Source: Leucoraja erinacea (lineage: Eukaryota). Taken from it: 64,000 nucleotides of DNA. Within the stretch, counting starts at the first letter, position 1, and every line of letters starts with the position of its first letter. The position numbers and the translations under genes are program-made. The notes beneath the pieces were generated by a model, which saw only the letters and a list, made by a program, of their open reading frames with translations, did not search any database and had not been told where the DNA came from. Of this stretch, positions 36,990-50,334 are shown piece after piece. The stretch is from the NCBI RefSeq assembly GCF_028641065.1, contig NC_073380.1, positions 35,030,001 to 35,094,000 of the forward strand, written 5' to 3'.

Positions 36990-37450
36990 GTGGTAGCATT
37001 GAGTAAAAGAGTAAGGAAGTCATATAGCAACTTTCAGTAGGCTGAATTTGTATGCAGTTCTGGTCACCCCGTGTTGCCTGCAGTAGAGGGTATTAGCTGG
37101 CTACAAGTAGAGTTTGGACAAACATGGATCGTTTCATCTGGAACGGAGATTGAGGGGAGACCCAACCAAAGTATATAAAATGAGTGGCATTGATATGGTA
37201 AACAGTCAGAACCATTTTCTCCCAGGGTGGAAATGTCAAAGACTAGAAGGCATGGCTATAAGGTCGGGAGTCAGGAGGCAGATAAGATTGTGGCATTTAA
37301 GCGGCTTCAGGATGGGCACATGGATATGCATGGAATGGAAGGCTATGGATCAAATGCAGGCAGAGGAGATTAGTGTGACTTCCCATCATGTCGGACCAGA
37401 CATTGTGGGCCAAAGTGCCTGTTCTTCTTTCTGTACAGTTCTGTTCTATA
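36990..37450 (+). mobile_element. Decayed CR1 3' fragment
   Basis: LERRLRGDPTKVYK. Confidence 0.7.
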
Positions 37451-37703
37451 TGCATTTTAATGGGAAACAGATATTTAGTGGTAAATACGACAGGATTCAG
37501 TTTATGCTAATATTAATTGCACTTTATTCCAAATCTATAAAAGTACAAATTTTCCCTTATTTGTTGAAGTCATAGATGTAATAAAACATACACAGCTTTG
37601 GAAATGAAAGTACACGGGTACAATAAAAAATTTAAAATAGGGTAAAGAGATGGAGCAGCCAGCTTTAGCAACACAAAAGGCAAACCTCAAGTGTCAGCAA
37701 CAT

Positions 37704-37992
37704 TTAGTTTAAAGATACTGCGTGGAAACAGGTCCCTCGGCCCATCGAGTCCGCATCGACCAGTCATCCCCGCACACTAACCTCCGCACACTAGCGACAA
37801 TTTACATTTACACCAAGCCAATTAACCTACCGACCTGTACGTCTTGAGTGTGGGAGGAAACTGAAGATCTCAGAGAAAACCCATGCGGTCATGGGGAGAA
37901 CATACAAACTCCATACAGACAGCACCGGTAGTCAGGATCGAACCCGGGTCTCCAGACCTGCAAGCGCTGTTAGGCAGCAACTCTACCCAGGC
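37704..37992 (-). mobile_element. HE1-like V-SINE, near full length
   Basis: GGTAGAGTTGCTGCC..GACCCGGGTTCGATCC head, V-domain, CR1-like tail. Confidence 0.85.
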
Positions 37993-37994
37993 AC

Positions 37995-38490
37995 CCCTAT
38001 CAAAACATGGGAGGGGGAACATAATTTCTTGATGGCCGCATGCACACACGCGAGGCTTCGGCCGTGGGCCCTGTGGATGGTAACATCTGAAGCTGACCTG
38101 GTTGGTGACCGACATCCGAACTCCAGCAACAGCAGCTTCATCCGCCCCGAATCGCGGGGCCTTTCGTTGGCCGGCTGGGGCTTCAACATCGGGAGCCTCG
38201 ATCGTCTCGATGCAGCAGTGTGATTTTAAGCCGCGCGGGGTGCTGAAAGGCCCCACGAACGCCTTAGACAGTGTCCGATAAAGTCCGGAATACAAAACGG
38301 GGTGGGGGGGGAGAAAGAGATTGTCCCCCACCTCTCAAAGCATGGGGGAGGGGGGAGAAAACATGCGTCCCGTCCCCCAGGATTTCTGCCCATGGCTCTA
38401 CCACTGCACCATTGTGCTGTGGGAGGAAACCGAAGATCTTGGCGAAAACCCACACAGGTCACGGGGAGAACATACAAAGCTCTATCAAAC
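37995..38490. mobile_element. GC-rich retroposon-like segment plus HE1 fragment (38412-38490)
   Basis: CpG-rich body resembling 17857-18352 and 61430-61965; V-domain at right end. Confidence 0.5.
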
Positions 38491-39234
38491 ACATGAGAAA
38501 ACACCTTTCTGTTCTAATCTACCCGAACAAAGCAGGATTTTTTTTGCTAATTAAGTGCTTCAGACCCAATTATCTCCCTACCAAATTTCCTTTGTTCTCT
38601 CTGTACTTTCGGCCCTGCAAGCAAGAACAGGCTAACCAGTAATTTAGACATTCACCGTCCCCGAGAATTGACTGGTCATAGCTTCTTCCTCGGTCCTGCC
38701 CCCAAAACCTAGTGGTAGGCATTCACCTTCAAGAGGAAGAACAAATAAATGCATTGACACACCGTTAAAACCAGACTTGGTATTTTAAACGTGTCAATCC
38801 TTAATATTTGTAAATAGAAATTTATAAAATGTCTCGACTTCAATTTACTTAAAAGGATGTTGAACCACAGATGGAAAGACTAAAGTTAAACTCAAAACAC
38901 TTGCCGCAGCATGGGTGCCAAGGTCAGGCATTTTAAGGTGAAAGATGGAAAATGGTACTAGTTGGCTGATGGAAGCAAGGATAAAATGTACAGATGCAGC
39001 TCTTGCACACCTGGCAACAAGTGCAGATTGATTTTGGTGAAAGATAGAGGAGCTCACTTGGCCTCAGGTAAGCTGCTGAGATGCTACAGAGCAAGCAGAA
39101 TTTATTTTCAAAGAACGTGTTTTTTTAAGAAATGGTTTTCATTTACATATTTTCTTTTTGTTCAAAATAGCTAGTCAAATTATAGCTAGTCAAACCCCAC
39201 TTCTGGCACTTGATCTTCAATTGTCAAAGTCTTG

Positions 39235-39507
39235 NNNNNNNNNNNNNNNNNNNNNNNNNNNNNNNNNNNNNNNNNNNNNNNNNNNNNNNNNNNNNNNNNN
39301 NNNNNNNNNNNNNNNNNNNNNNNNNNNNNNNNNNNNNNNNNNNNNNNNNNNNNNNNNNNNNNNNNNNNNNNNNNNNNNNNNNNNNNNNNNNNNNNNNNNN
39401 NNNNNNNNNNNNNNNNNNNNNNNNNNNNNNNNNNNNNNNNNNNNNNNNNNNNNNNNNNNNNNNNNNNNNNNNNNNNNNNNNNNNNNNNNNNNNNNNNNNN
39501 NNNNNNN
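39235..39507. other. Assembly gap
   Basis: Run of N. Confidence 1.
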
Positions 39508-39972
39508 GCCTACTGCGCAGGTTTCTTGGCGGGTTTTTCAAAGATGGTTTGTGATTACCTGAAGAGTTTCTCGAAGCAAACTTACGAGGAAAAGACCAAA
39601 ATAATTAAAAATGGCAGACCAACGTTGGAACTTAAGAACTTCAACAGCGCAAAGGAACAAAAATAATTAGAACATTTTAAACAGCTTGGTACACCAAGAA
39701 ACAAAGAGAGAAGAATGGATTTTGTGTACAAATATGGTAAGTAAATTTCTTTGAGCGATATGTTTTTAAATACTTTATTAAGAGATAGGACCTATTGAAG
39801 ACAAATTACTTGATAAAAGTCGAGAGAACAATCTGCGCATGCACGGTTTCCAAGTTTTATTTTTAAAGCCGACTGACAGCTCGCCGGGGAGAGAATAATC
39901 TGCGCATGCGCGGTTTTCAAGATTTTTAATAGCCACTGCCTACCCTGACTATTTACTCACGGCACGTGCCTG
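39508..39972 (+). mobile_element. hAT (Tip100-like) non-autonomous element, right part
   Basis: End CGGCACGTGCCTG shared with 48748-49333; FSKQTYEEK..IIKNGRPT resembles a Tip100/ZMYM1-type transposase N-terminus. Confidence 0.75.
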
Positions 39973-40319
39973 AAGCAAAGTGAGCTAGCAATATGGATAC
40001 AAGAGTCAAGGGTGTTTTATTGTCATATCCTTAAATGGAACAATGAAATTCTTACTTGCAACAGCACAATAGATATGTAAACATAGTATTGTGTAAACAC
40101 AATAGTAAACAAAATAAGTATATATTTAAAAAAAAACACAATAATAGTGCAGACAAAAACAACACTCCCAAGTCTATGTACTTCAGAGCTTATTTGGAGG
40201 GTGTTCTGTTTAATAGCCTAATGGTAATGGTTGAGGAGGCTGCTCCTGAACCTGGACGTTACAGTTTTAACTTCTGGTACCAATGGTAATGGTTCAGAAG
40301 GCTCCTATACCTTCCTGAA

Positions 40320-40593
40320 ACGAGTGTGCGATCTTCCAGAGAGTGACCGACTCATGTCCAGGTATCCCGGAGTTTATAGTTCCCCCCCCCCCAAATCAGC
40401 TGATCACAAGATCTTTTAAACACCCATAACTTTTTTATTTTTCATCGGTCGGAAAAATCCTTGGGGCTACCTCAGCGGAGGAGGACTGTGTAAGATGGCC
40501 AAAAATCATAGCGATATAGGGTAGCGTTTTTTTCTAAAATTAATGTCCAGCGCAGACAGGAAGTGGTCAAGATGAGACTTTTAGTTATATAGA
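40320..40593 (-). mobile_element. Helitron-like 5' fragment
   Basis: TCTATATAACTAAAAGTCTCATCTTG matches unit starts at 28190 and 29803. Confidence 0.65.
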
Positions 40594-40864
40594 TTCTAGC
40601 TAATCTATCTAACATGTTACAGAAACCAAAGTGCAATCAAACAGATGCAAAGTAAGAGTAAGGTTAGTTTAGCTGACACCACAAATAGAAAATGCTGTTA
40701 GAAATAAAGCTACCAATTAGTGAAATGATTAAGAAAATGATGAAAGTGCAAGGGAGGACAAAAGCAGAGAAGAAAATATTTCAAAATTGGAAGCACCAGA
40801 GGATTAAAGTTATTTACACAAGTTACTTGATTCTTTAGCACTCACTGCCTTGGGAAAGCAACCA

Positions 40865-41195
40865 ACATAACCAAGGACTACTCACACCCACGGCAGTCAT
40901 CCTCTTTCCCCCTACCCCATCAAGCACGAGATACAAAAGCTTGAAAGCACATACCACCAGATTCAAGAAGAGCTTCTTGATGGCTGTTAACAGGCTACTC
41001 AAACACTAAAGATGTATTCCTACTCTTCCAGACAACCTCGTGGCACCCCTTGCATTTTTTTTCTCAAATCTGCACGTTTTGTCTGTGTGCAATGTCTCCT
41101 TTCTCATTTTGCACTTCCTGGTGTATAGAATAAATCGCCAGGATAACACACAAAACAAATGTTTTCACTGTCTCAGTACACATGACAATAGTTAA
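40865..41195 (+). mobile_element. Old Rex1/Babar-like 3' end
   Basis: P.PSS.RYKSLKAHTTRFKKSF; tail TTTTCACTGT..GTACACATGACAATA. Confidence 0.6.
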
Positions 41196-41799
41196 ACCTA
41201 TGCCAAATCGCTTTCACAGCCAAACAATTACTTGAGAAATGCAATGTCCATTCGGTGGGAAATTACAACAATATTTATGTAGGATGATAACCATCGAGGT
41301 ATAAATCAGTGATTGCTTTGGGAGTTATGGTTCAGGATGAAGGTCATACTTCTTTACAAATATGATTTTGATATGAACCCGAATAGACTGCTTAAACTAA
41401 AAATGGTACTAAAAAAGTAAATTTCTCAGTTGTCCCGTTACAAAGAAAGGAATGTAATTTAATGATAAAGCTCAGCCCTAAGGCCTCCAGTCCATCCATC
41501 AGCCAAGCAGTCCAAAACAGCCACAAAACCTGTACCCTCCATTTGCCATAAATGACAAAAAATAATCAAATTTGCCACCTCTATATTACTCCAAGCGATT
41601 CAGTATCTAACTTGCATTGCTAGCAGGTACTCTAGTACAAATGAAGAACATCACTGCTTGACAAAGAATGCCTGTATACGAGATAGTTTTAAAGTCAGCA
41701 GGCACCATAACTTTTGACCGTCTACATATTATGCACGAGAACTATGCCATTTGATCACAAGAACATGGCTATTCCTCCACTTAGCAGCACCAACCAAAT

Positions 41800-42350
41800 T
41801 TATCTCCATTGCCTTAATATTTCAATATATATTAACTTTGAATAAACTCAGCAACTAGGCTTCAACCGCCCTCCAGGGTGGAGAATCCCCCTGCCTCAAT
41901 GTTTCTTCGGGTGACAAAACTTCACACTGTCCTAAATAGCTGATCCTTTATTTTGATATTGTGATCCTTAGTTCCACTCCAAGCAGTGTAAACAAATTCT
42001 ACATTCATCTTGTCAAATCCTTAAAGAATTGTGTGTGCCACTATAATACCATTTCTCATTCTTCTAAACTCAAGTTATAGGCCCAGTTCAATCTCTCCTC
42101 ATACAATATACCCGTTAACTCAGGAATCAATCTGGTAAACATCCACAGGTAGAATGACATATTTAGATTATATTGCAAGTATATCTTTCCTTGGGTAGGT
42201 TAACCAGCTCTGTACACAATGCCACAGGGGCAGCCTCAACAGGTCTTTATATAACTGGAGCATGACTGCTCTTTTCTTGCATTCAGTAGAGACCAATCGT
42301 CCATTTGTTTTCTAACTGATTGCTAAAACCTGCACAAGAACAACCAGTGA
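41800..42350 (-). mobile_element. Old CR1 3' fragment
   Basis: CTCATTCTTCTAAACTC, GGAATCAATCTGGTAAAC phrases shared with younger CR1 copies. Confidence 0.6.
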
Positions 42351-42829
42351 TTCCGGTCTAAGAAAAACACTGCCTTTCTAAACTTTTGAAAATAGTTTCT
42401 GAGGTGCCTAATGGCATATCATACACATGTAAATTATAATATTTTAAGATACTGTTCATCAAAAAAAAATCTATGGGACCATGCACCAATATGTCTAACT
42501 GCTCTGGGAGATAGGAAAGACAGGTATGAATAATACTGCCAGTCACAAGAGAGAACACATAATTCATACTACAGCTCATGTCATTATGTTTGGGAGGCAG
42601 ATGATAATGAAGGACAAAGCATGATAATTAAAAGGAAATATCCAAGGATAATGATTTTATCTACATAGAAGGAAAAATATTTAAAACTGAATATTACCTA
42701 TTGATTGGTCGAGATCAAGCATATTTTAATACACAAAGTTTGCTTCATTAAACAGCATGGAGAAAATCCTGTTTAAATTAATGACGAATAAGATGCTCAG
42801 ATCATCTTGCACCATCTAGCCAATAAGAT

Positions 42830-43470
42830 TTTTTGGAATGGGACAGTCATTGTGAATTTCATGCCTTTAAAGGTTGAGGTTTTGACATTTGCTTTTGAAT
42901 ATGTATACTGGATTTACTATCCTGAAGGTGGCAGTATAAATGGACATATTATGCTGATATTCATTTGGGTTTTCTGCAATGAAATGAACTACGCAGCACT
43001 TTAATATGCTTGGCAAAAACTAAGTGTTCATCTCCAATTTTCCTCTTTTCTTCAGTCCTTTCCTATGGTGTTAAGAGACAGTGGACAGGGCAAACTAAAG
43101 CCACAAAGCTAACCTTTGTCATCACGATTAAACAACAATGAAGAAACAGCAGAAAACTTTTGGCCTTTAAAAACAGCAACTGAAGACTGTATTCAAATAT
43201 ATTGCAGTACCTTTCGGAAAGGAATCAAGAATGAAATGAAGGAAAAATTGAGACGAATACACATTTAGCTCTTGCCAACCATTTTAATGAGCTTTGTACG
43301 TCTCTTTATTCCAAAGAGTCCAAACACGCATTGTGAAAATCAGCACAATATGTCCATTTATACTGCCACCTTCAGGGTAGTAAATCCAGCATACACATTC
43401 AGATGCAAATTTCAAAGCCTTAACCCTCAAGAGAATGAAATGTTTACCAATATTGCTGACCCAATCCAAG
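42830..43470. repeat. Long degenerate inverted repeat (arms ~42830-43115 and ~43155-43470)
   Basis: Core CTGGATTTACTA(T/C)CCTGAAGGTGGCAGTATAAATGGACATATT(A/G)TGCTGAT present on both strands. Confidence 0.9.
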
Positions 43471-45149
43471 TAAATTCAGATTGAACCTTCCTGTAAAATG
43501 TCATGATCAGCACTTTCTGAATTAATGCGATTGCAATTAATTAATTCATACTTTGTGGAAAATTTCTGCTGTTGGGTTACACACCTGAATGTAAACGTGG
43601 TACTTGTTTATTTTCCACAATTAACCTTTCTGGTGGCAGAAGCACTAAAGAGGACCGCTCATATTTTCAGCATTTAACAATATCCTTTTCTGCAACAAAT
43701 ATTCTAGAAACTGTATCCCATATTTTTATTAGAATTAATATACAAAATTACCTTTAAGACTTTCTACATTTTCTCACATTTACAAATTTAGTATTTTACT
43801 GAACCCAGAAATATTCTATTTGTAACTTTTGATAATGACACAAAGATCAGGAACTGCTGAGATTTGCTGGAAGATGTAATGGTAAACATCCATTAAGCAT
43901 TTTGCTGACAGGTCTCAATATAAAAAGTTAACTTTTCCCAGAGATACAGCCACACCTAGGAGTATTCCCAGCAGTTCATTTCAAATTATCCATTACACCA
44001 CATGCTCCTGCTGCTACACAGCCATATTTTCACACAACTTGGTACACAATTCATCTAAGATCAAGAAAGTAATTATATTCAGACACCCAAGTTGGAGAAA
44101 TGAATGGTGCCAAAATTCTTACATTAGATCACATCCAATAACTTAATGGAGGTATACTTCCAGATATCATTGCAGGAACTGTACCAACCTTGCTAGTATT
44201 GTTATCTCTCACCCTTCCCGATGACGAATGACCTGCCACTTCCAATGTTTAAAGTGGGAATTATTTGTTATCCCAAATTGGAATACAATAATATCTTGCG
44301 TTAAATAATACTAAGTATAAAACAAAGCTCAAATTCATTAACTGTCAACACAAACAATTTATTTAGATACCTGGTTGAAGCAGGAATAGTCGAGAGTAGG
44401 GAGGAGCTGTCACCTGCCTCCAATAAACGGTTTGTTTAAACTACAAAATATTAAAACCTTTCCTAGTGTTGTAGTGCTTAGTGGAAACTAGTGGTTTAAT
44501 AAAAATTAAATAACTTTAAAAAGTCAGATTTTTAATCGTTATTTGACAAATCCTACTCCCCATCTTTTTCCATATCCCTGTAAACTACTCCACATCATCT
44601 ACATCCAGGTATGCAAGTCTGAGGATTAGCATTTCAACCAGTGAATTAAGTAATATGTTAAACACTACACATGTCAAAACCACTCTCGCTAACTTACTGT
44701 CCTCTATGCCAAGGGAAACTGTTCCAAACAACCTGCCTGGTTAATTCTTTCTCATGGTCTTGTATTCCACATCATAAACAAAGCACGGGGTGCGGCCCAA
44801 CCCACCCAAACAAGCCTATTGCACCCTGCGGGCACGAGGGCACCTGGCTCCAGGTTTAATAACAGCAGTCTTAAACCTCTTGACAATCTCATTAAGCTGA
44901 AACCACATCTAGCAAAATTGTCTCTAGGTTTCAAAATTTACACAAGACTTTGATAACTTGCACAGGGATGCAGGGTCAGAATGAGTTCACACGACTGATA
45001 CAAATGGACCAAGGACAATCCAAAGAGAGGACCTGCAGAAACATCTCCCGGGCAAAACAAACAATGCACTTACCAATTGGGGACAGGATATTTCTGTAAA
45101 AGTATTATCAGAGTAGGGGTCTGCCCAAAGGATTGGTCAAGATGGGGGG

Positions 45150-45474
45150 GAAACATATAAGATTGTTAAGGGCTTGGACACGCTAGAGGCAGGAAACATG
45201 TTCCCGATGTTGGGGGAGTCCAGAACCAGGGGCCACAGTTTAAGAATAAGGGGTAAGCCATTTAGAACGGAGACAAGGAAACACTTTTTCTCAGAGAGTT
45301 GTGAGTCTGTGGAATTCTCTGCCTCAGAGGGCGGTGGAGACCGGTTCTCTGGATACTTTCAAGAGAGCTAGATATGGCTCTTAAAGATATACTGATTGGG
45401 GATGATCAGCCATGATCACATTAAATGGCTGTGCTGGCTCGAAGGGCCTACTCCTGCACCTATTGTCTATTGTC
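45150..45474 (+). mobile_element. CR1/HER1-like 3' end
   Basis: MFPMLGESRTRGHSLRIRG; tail CTATTGT. Confidence 0.9.
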
Positions 45475-45994
45475 AAAAACATAAAATTTTCATGTACTAG
45501 TAGCAAAATAAACAATCTCAAAAATTATGATCTCTTGATTAATATACAAATCACATGAATATTAGCATAGCTTTACACAGATTAAGGAGAAAAGAGGTGA
45601 AAGGATTCAGTGGAAAGAAGCAGCATTTCTTAAACAATGTCACTAGAACATTATTCAAAGGATAGAGACTGATGCCCAATTTGGAATGGAGGAACATCGT
45701 AATTGCAATGATTCAGAGTTACTCTGGTTCAGTCTTGAATTGGGTTGGGTTGTGGAATGAAGGCACAGGACCACAAAGAAATCCTGAGGAGATAGTATTA
45801 ACATTTTTGAACAAATGAAACAGTTGGTTCAATTTGGTTGAACAATTTCCCCAACCAAAAAAACAAGGATGGAAAGCAACAACAAAAACAGGTGAGAGAC
45901 CTAACAAAATAAAAAACAGAAATAAACTAACTAAACAGAAGGGCCAAATGGAGAGTGCGTCCCACCCCCCAAAAAAAATCCTTAGTCACACAAT

Positions 45995-46262
45995 GGGGAG
46001 GGGCGGCAGTGTGGCGCCCTTACACACTAGAGACCCTGGCTCAATGCGATTTGTACCGAGTTTTTATGTTCTCCCTGTAACCGTGTGGGTTTTTCCAGGT
46101 ACACCAGTTTTCTCCCACATCCTGGATGTGCAGGCTTGAGGGTTAATCGGCTTCTGTAAGTGGTCCCTAGTGTGTAGGATAGAACAGGTGCACGGGTGAA
46201 CGCTGGTTCGTGTGGACTCAGTAGGCCGAACGGCTGCTTCCATGCTGTATCTTTGTACTTAA
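45995..46262 (+). mobile_element. Decayed HE1-like V-SINE
   Basis: GAGTTTTTATGTTCTCCCTG..GTTTTCTCCCACATCC; tail CCATGCTGTATCT. Confidence 0.7.
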
Positions 46263-47019
46263 AAGTATAAGGAACAAACTAAATTGCAAGCACAAATTCA
46301 ACCAAGGCAGCCACATTCTGACAGCTACACCTGGGACTGTAGGAAGTCGATCACGACCGAGGCTCAAATATACCTGGCTATAAAGTCCACAGGATAAAAG
46401 GAAAACGGTTGGGGGCGGGTGCCTGTAAAGACAGCTAGTAAGAATTTCATTGTTCTGGTCCTGGTACATATAACAATGAAACGCTCTCAACTCTCAAGTT
46501 CCTTCAACAATGATAGATGACATTTTAAGCAATATACAGGAAATAAAGACCATGGGTAGAATGGATCAAGAAATTAGACAAGCACATAGCTAAGGGTAGT
46601 TAATAATTGAGATAAACAGACCAGCTTATCTCTGAAAGACAGTGATTTTCAGGAGTGTGCTGCAGTTTCCTGCAACAATATGCCATAGAATAATACACAG
46701 AATAGTCACCATACATCTTGGATTGTAATGATCCATATATTGTTAACACACCAGTACACAACCATTTTGCTAATGGAGACAATGGGAATGTATTTTTAAA
46801 ACAATCTGAAAATCTTTACAAAGATTCAATAGTTGGGTTTGGTCGACTTCATGGGAAAGGTACAAGCAAATTTATTTGCAGGCAAAAAACCAAGAGTAGA
46901 TACAGAACCAGCTTGTGCCAAAAATGACAAATACTCAACATACCATGATAATAGAGAAAATATGGGGCAAAATATTGTACAAACACTGATGATTGGGCAA
47001 GATACCAAAAGGAATCAAA

Positions 47020-47459
47020 AAGATTGAAAAGACTAGGCTTGTATTCACTGGAGTTTAGAAGGATGAGGGGATATCTTATAGAAACATATAAACATTATAA
47101 AGGGACTGGACAAGCTAAATGCAGGAAAGTTGTTCCCAATGTTGGGTGAGTCCAGAACCAGGGGCCACAGTCTTAGAATAAAGGGGAGGTCATTTAAGAC
47201 AGAGGTGGGAAAAAATGTTTTCACCCAGAGAGTTGTGAATTTATGGAATTCCCTGCCACAGAGGGCAGTGGAGGCCAAATCACTTGATGGATTTAAGAGA
47301 GAGTTAGATAGAGTTCTAGGGGCTAGTGCAGTCAAGGGATATGGGGAGAAGGGAGGCACGGGTTATTGATAGGGGACGATCGGCCATGATCACAATGAAT
47401 GGCGGTGCTGACTCGAAGGGCCGAATGGCTTCCTCCTGCACCTATTTTCTATGTTTCTA
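47020..47459 (+). mobile_element. CR1/HER1-like 3' end
   Basis: FTQRVVNLWNSLPQRAVEA; tail TTTCTATGTTTCTA. Confidence 0.92.
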
Positions 47460-47683
47460 AAATGGAGACCAAAGACTACAAAGAAACTTGCAAAACTCGA
47501 ATATCAAAATGTTTACCAAAGCAAAGGGATAATACACTTTGGACCTGCAATAAATGATTAGTCATGTTGTAAATGAAATAAGGAAATGACAAATGTTGAA
47601 TAATGGCTTTGCTTCATCACTTACAGTAAAAAGGTGAGAACAGCACCACAGACATTGAAAAATACTGAACAAGGAACTGTGAT

Positions 47684-48538
47684 AAGACAATAGGTGCAGG
47701 AGTAGGCCATTCGGCCCTTCAAGCCAGCACCGCCATTCAATGTGATCGTGGCTGATCATCCACAATCAGTACCGCGTTCCTGCCTTCTCCCCATATCCAA
47801 CAATCTCTCTCTTGAAAGTATCCAGAGAACCGTCCTCCTAGGCAGAGAATTTGACAGACTCACAACTATGTGAAAAAGTGTTTCCTCATCTCCGTTCTAA
47901 ATGCCTTACCCCTAATTCTTAAACTGTGGCCCCTGGTTCTGGACTACCCCAACATTGGGAACACGTTTCCTGCCTCTAGCATGTCCAAACCCTTAATAAT
48001 CGTATGTTTCAATAAGATCCCCTCTAATCCTTATAAATTCCAGAGTATACAAGCCCAGTCGCTCCATTCTCTCAGCATATGAGAGTTCCGCCATCCCGGG
48101 GATTAACCTTGTGAACCTACGCTGCACTCCCTCAATGGCAAGAATGTCCTTCCTCAAATTAGGGGACCAAAACTGCACACAATACTCCAGGTGTGGTCTC
48201 ACTAGGGCCCTGTACAGCTGCAGAAAGACCTCTTTGCTCCTATACTCAACTTCTCTTGTTATGAAGGCCAACATGCCATTCGCTTTCTTCACTTCCTGCT
48301 GTACCTACATGCTTACTTTCATTGACTGATGAACAAGGACCCCCCAGATCCCTTTGTACATCCCCTTTTCCCAACTTGACACCATTTAGATAATAATCTG
48401 CCTTCCTACATTTTGCTACCAAAGTGGATAACCTCACATTTATCCACATTAAACTGCATCTGCCCATTCACCCAAGTCACCCTGCATTCTCATAGCAACC
48501 TGCTCACAGTTCACACTGCCACCCAGCTTCGTGATTCA
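47684..48538 (-). mobile_element. CR1/HER1-like 3' region
   Basis: LYRALVRPHLEYCVQFWSP..VQRRFTRLIPGM. Confidence 0.92.
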
Positions 48539-48715
48539 TCAAAAGTCAATAAAGGGACAGAATGGTTAATACTCAATGGCAAATTTTCATCCTAGCATTT
48601 TAAGATGGGCAAAAACATTACAGATGTAAATTTCAAAACATTTAATTCGCCAAGACTGGTCAATTTAGAACTATTAAGAGAAGAGAGATGGGGAAATAGA
48701 GGAATTAGTCCATAA

Positions 48716-49550
48716 TTTAGTTTAGTTTAGAGATTCAGCGTGGAAACCAGGCATGTGCCGTCAAGGTAGGCAAGGTGGGCAGTGCCTACCATGAAAAATT
48801 ATAAAATGGTAATTATTAAATTTAAATATTAAAGGCACGGGAGAATTATGCCTACCTAAGAGACTGTTCTCTTAGGTAGGCATAATTCTCCCGTGTCTTT
48901 CTTCCGCAGTACATGTAACACACAAAAGTATGTGCAACTCACGTGCCGTCAACGTTGCTTCAAGCCTTCAATGAAGCCTTCGAAATAGGCAGCTGAAATT
49001 CTGCCTTTACACCGTGGACTGCGCGCACGTACTGCGCATGCGCAGCGCAAGTTTCTTGCCGGGTTTTTCAAACATGGATTGTCATTATCTTAAGAGCATC
49101 TTAAGAAACAAAGAGAGAAGAATGGAGTTCGTGTACAAATAATGTGGTACGTAAATTTCTTTGAGTTAAACATTTTTTATTACTTTATTGAGAGATAAGG
49201 CTTGAAGACAAAATACTTTATAAAAGTCAACTGACTGCCCATCGGAGAGAACAATCTCCACATGCGCGTTTTTAAAGATTTTTAAAAACCGACTGACTGC
49301 CTACCCCGAGTAATTACTCGCGGCACGTGCCTGGTGGAAACAGGCCCTTTGGCCCACTGAGTCCGTGCTGGCCTATTAACTTACGAACCTGTAAGTCTTG
49401 AATGTGGGAGGAAACCGAAGATCTCAGAGAAAACCCAGGCGGACACATGGAGAACGTACAAACTCTGTACAGACAGCACCCGTAGTCGGGATCAAAACCG
49501 GGTCTCTGGCGCTGCAAGGCAGCAACTCTACCGATGAGCCACCGTGCCGC
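48716..49550 (-). mobile_element. HE1-like V-SINE interrupted by a hAT element
   Basis: Head GCGGCACGGTGGCTCATCGGTAGAG, V-domain, (CTAAA)n tail at 48716-48730. Confidence 0.85.
48748..49333 (+). mobile_element. Non-autonomous hAT element
   Basis: TIR CAGGCATGTGCCG / CGGCACGTGCCTG; perfect 8-bp TSD GTGGAAAC (48740-48747, 49334-49341). Confidence 0.92.
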
Positions 49551-50334
49551 TCCAATTACTTGATGTAATAATTATTACAAACACCTTAATTTTCAGTTGA
49601 TCAGAGTCACATGAAGTCTCTGGATGATATACATAGATTTCCAGAAGGCCTTCAGGAAATCCAAATTTAAAACTTATGCCATGAGGACACCTTATTGACC
49701 ATATCTGCACAAATAATGGAATTGCAATCAGAATTTGGAATTGTTAATCAACTTCCTACAAGTCCTAGTTGCCTACATGGCATTCGATTGAGTAAATCCC
49801 TAATTTTAGATCAGAAAATTATGATAGTTAGGAGGAATTGCCTCTTCCTGTTCCAAGGTTCAGACAAGACGAGTATGATTTAAGAGTCTATCATTATTGT
49901 ATCTCCATTAGATATCAACACCATCTTTTAAAGTGCACACAAAAAAATCCCCAAATGTACCAAATTCAGGTCTAGTCATTTTCTATTGTATTTCAAATTC
50001 CAACCAACCAACAAATTAAAGATTAATGTACCATAAATAATGCACATATAAACACTGGTGCCAAAGTTATACTGCACAAATCTTAACTAATCCTGCATTA
50101 AATACCTATGGAGCTTGAAGTATCTATTTTTACTTTTACCAATTAAAACACAAACATCTCCAGTATAACTTAAAACCTATTTAAATTATTCCCTAAAACA
50201 ATCACACTTATAAAAAGCATTTTTTTTAAATAAAAAGGACCCCAAGTCCCTCACAGGTCCTGAAAAATCAATAGCAAAAGACAGCATCTTTCCCCAACTG
50301 AAGGCGACACAAAACATTTTAATCACCAATGAAG

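Noticed and set aside
39158-39666. ORFs spanning N runs (also 29341-30011)
   Set aside because: Artefacts of assembly gaps.
42807-43469. Two ORFs sharing WIYYPEGGSINGHI as duplicated genes
   Set aside because: They are the two arms of the DNA inverted repeat; flanks are frameshifted.
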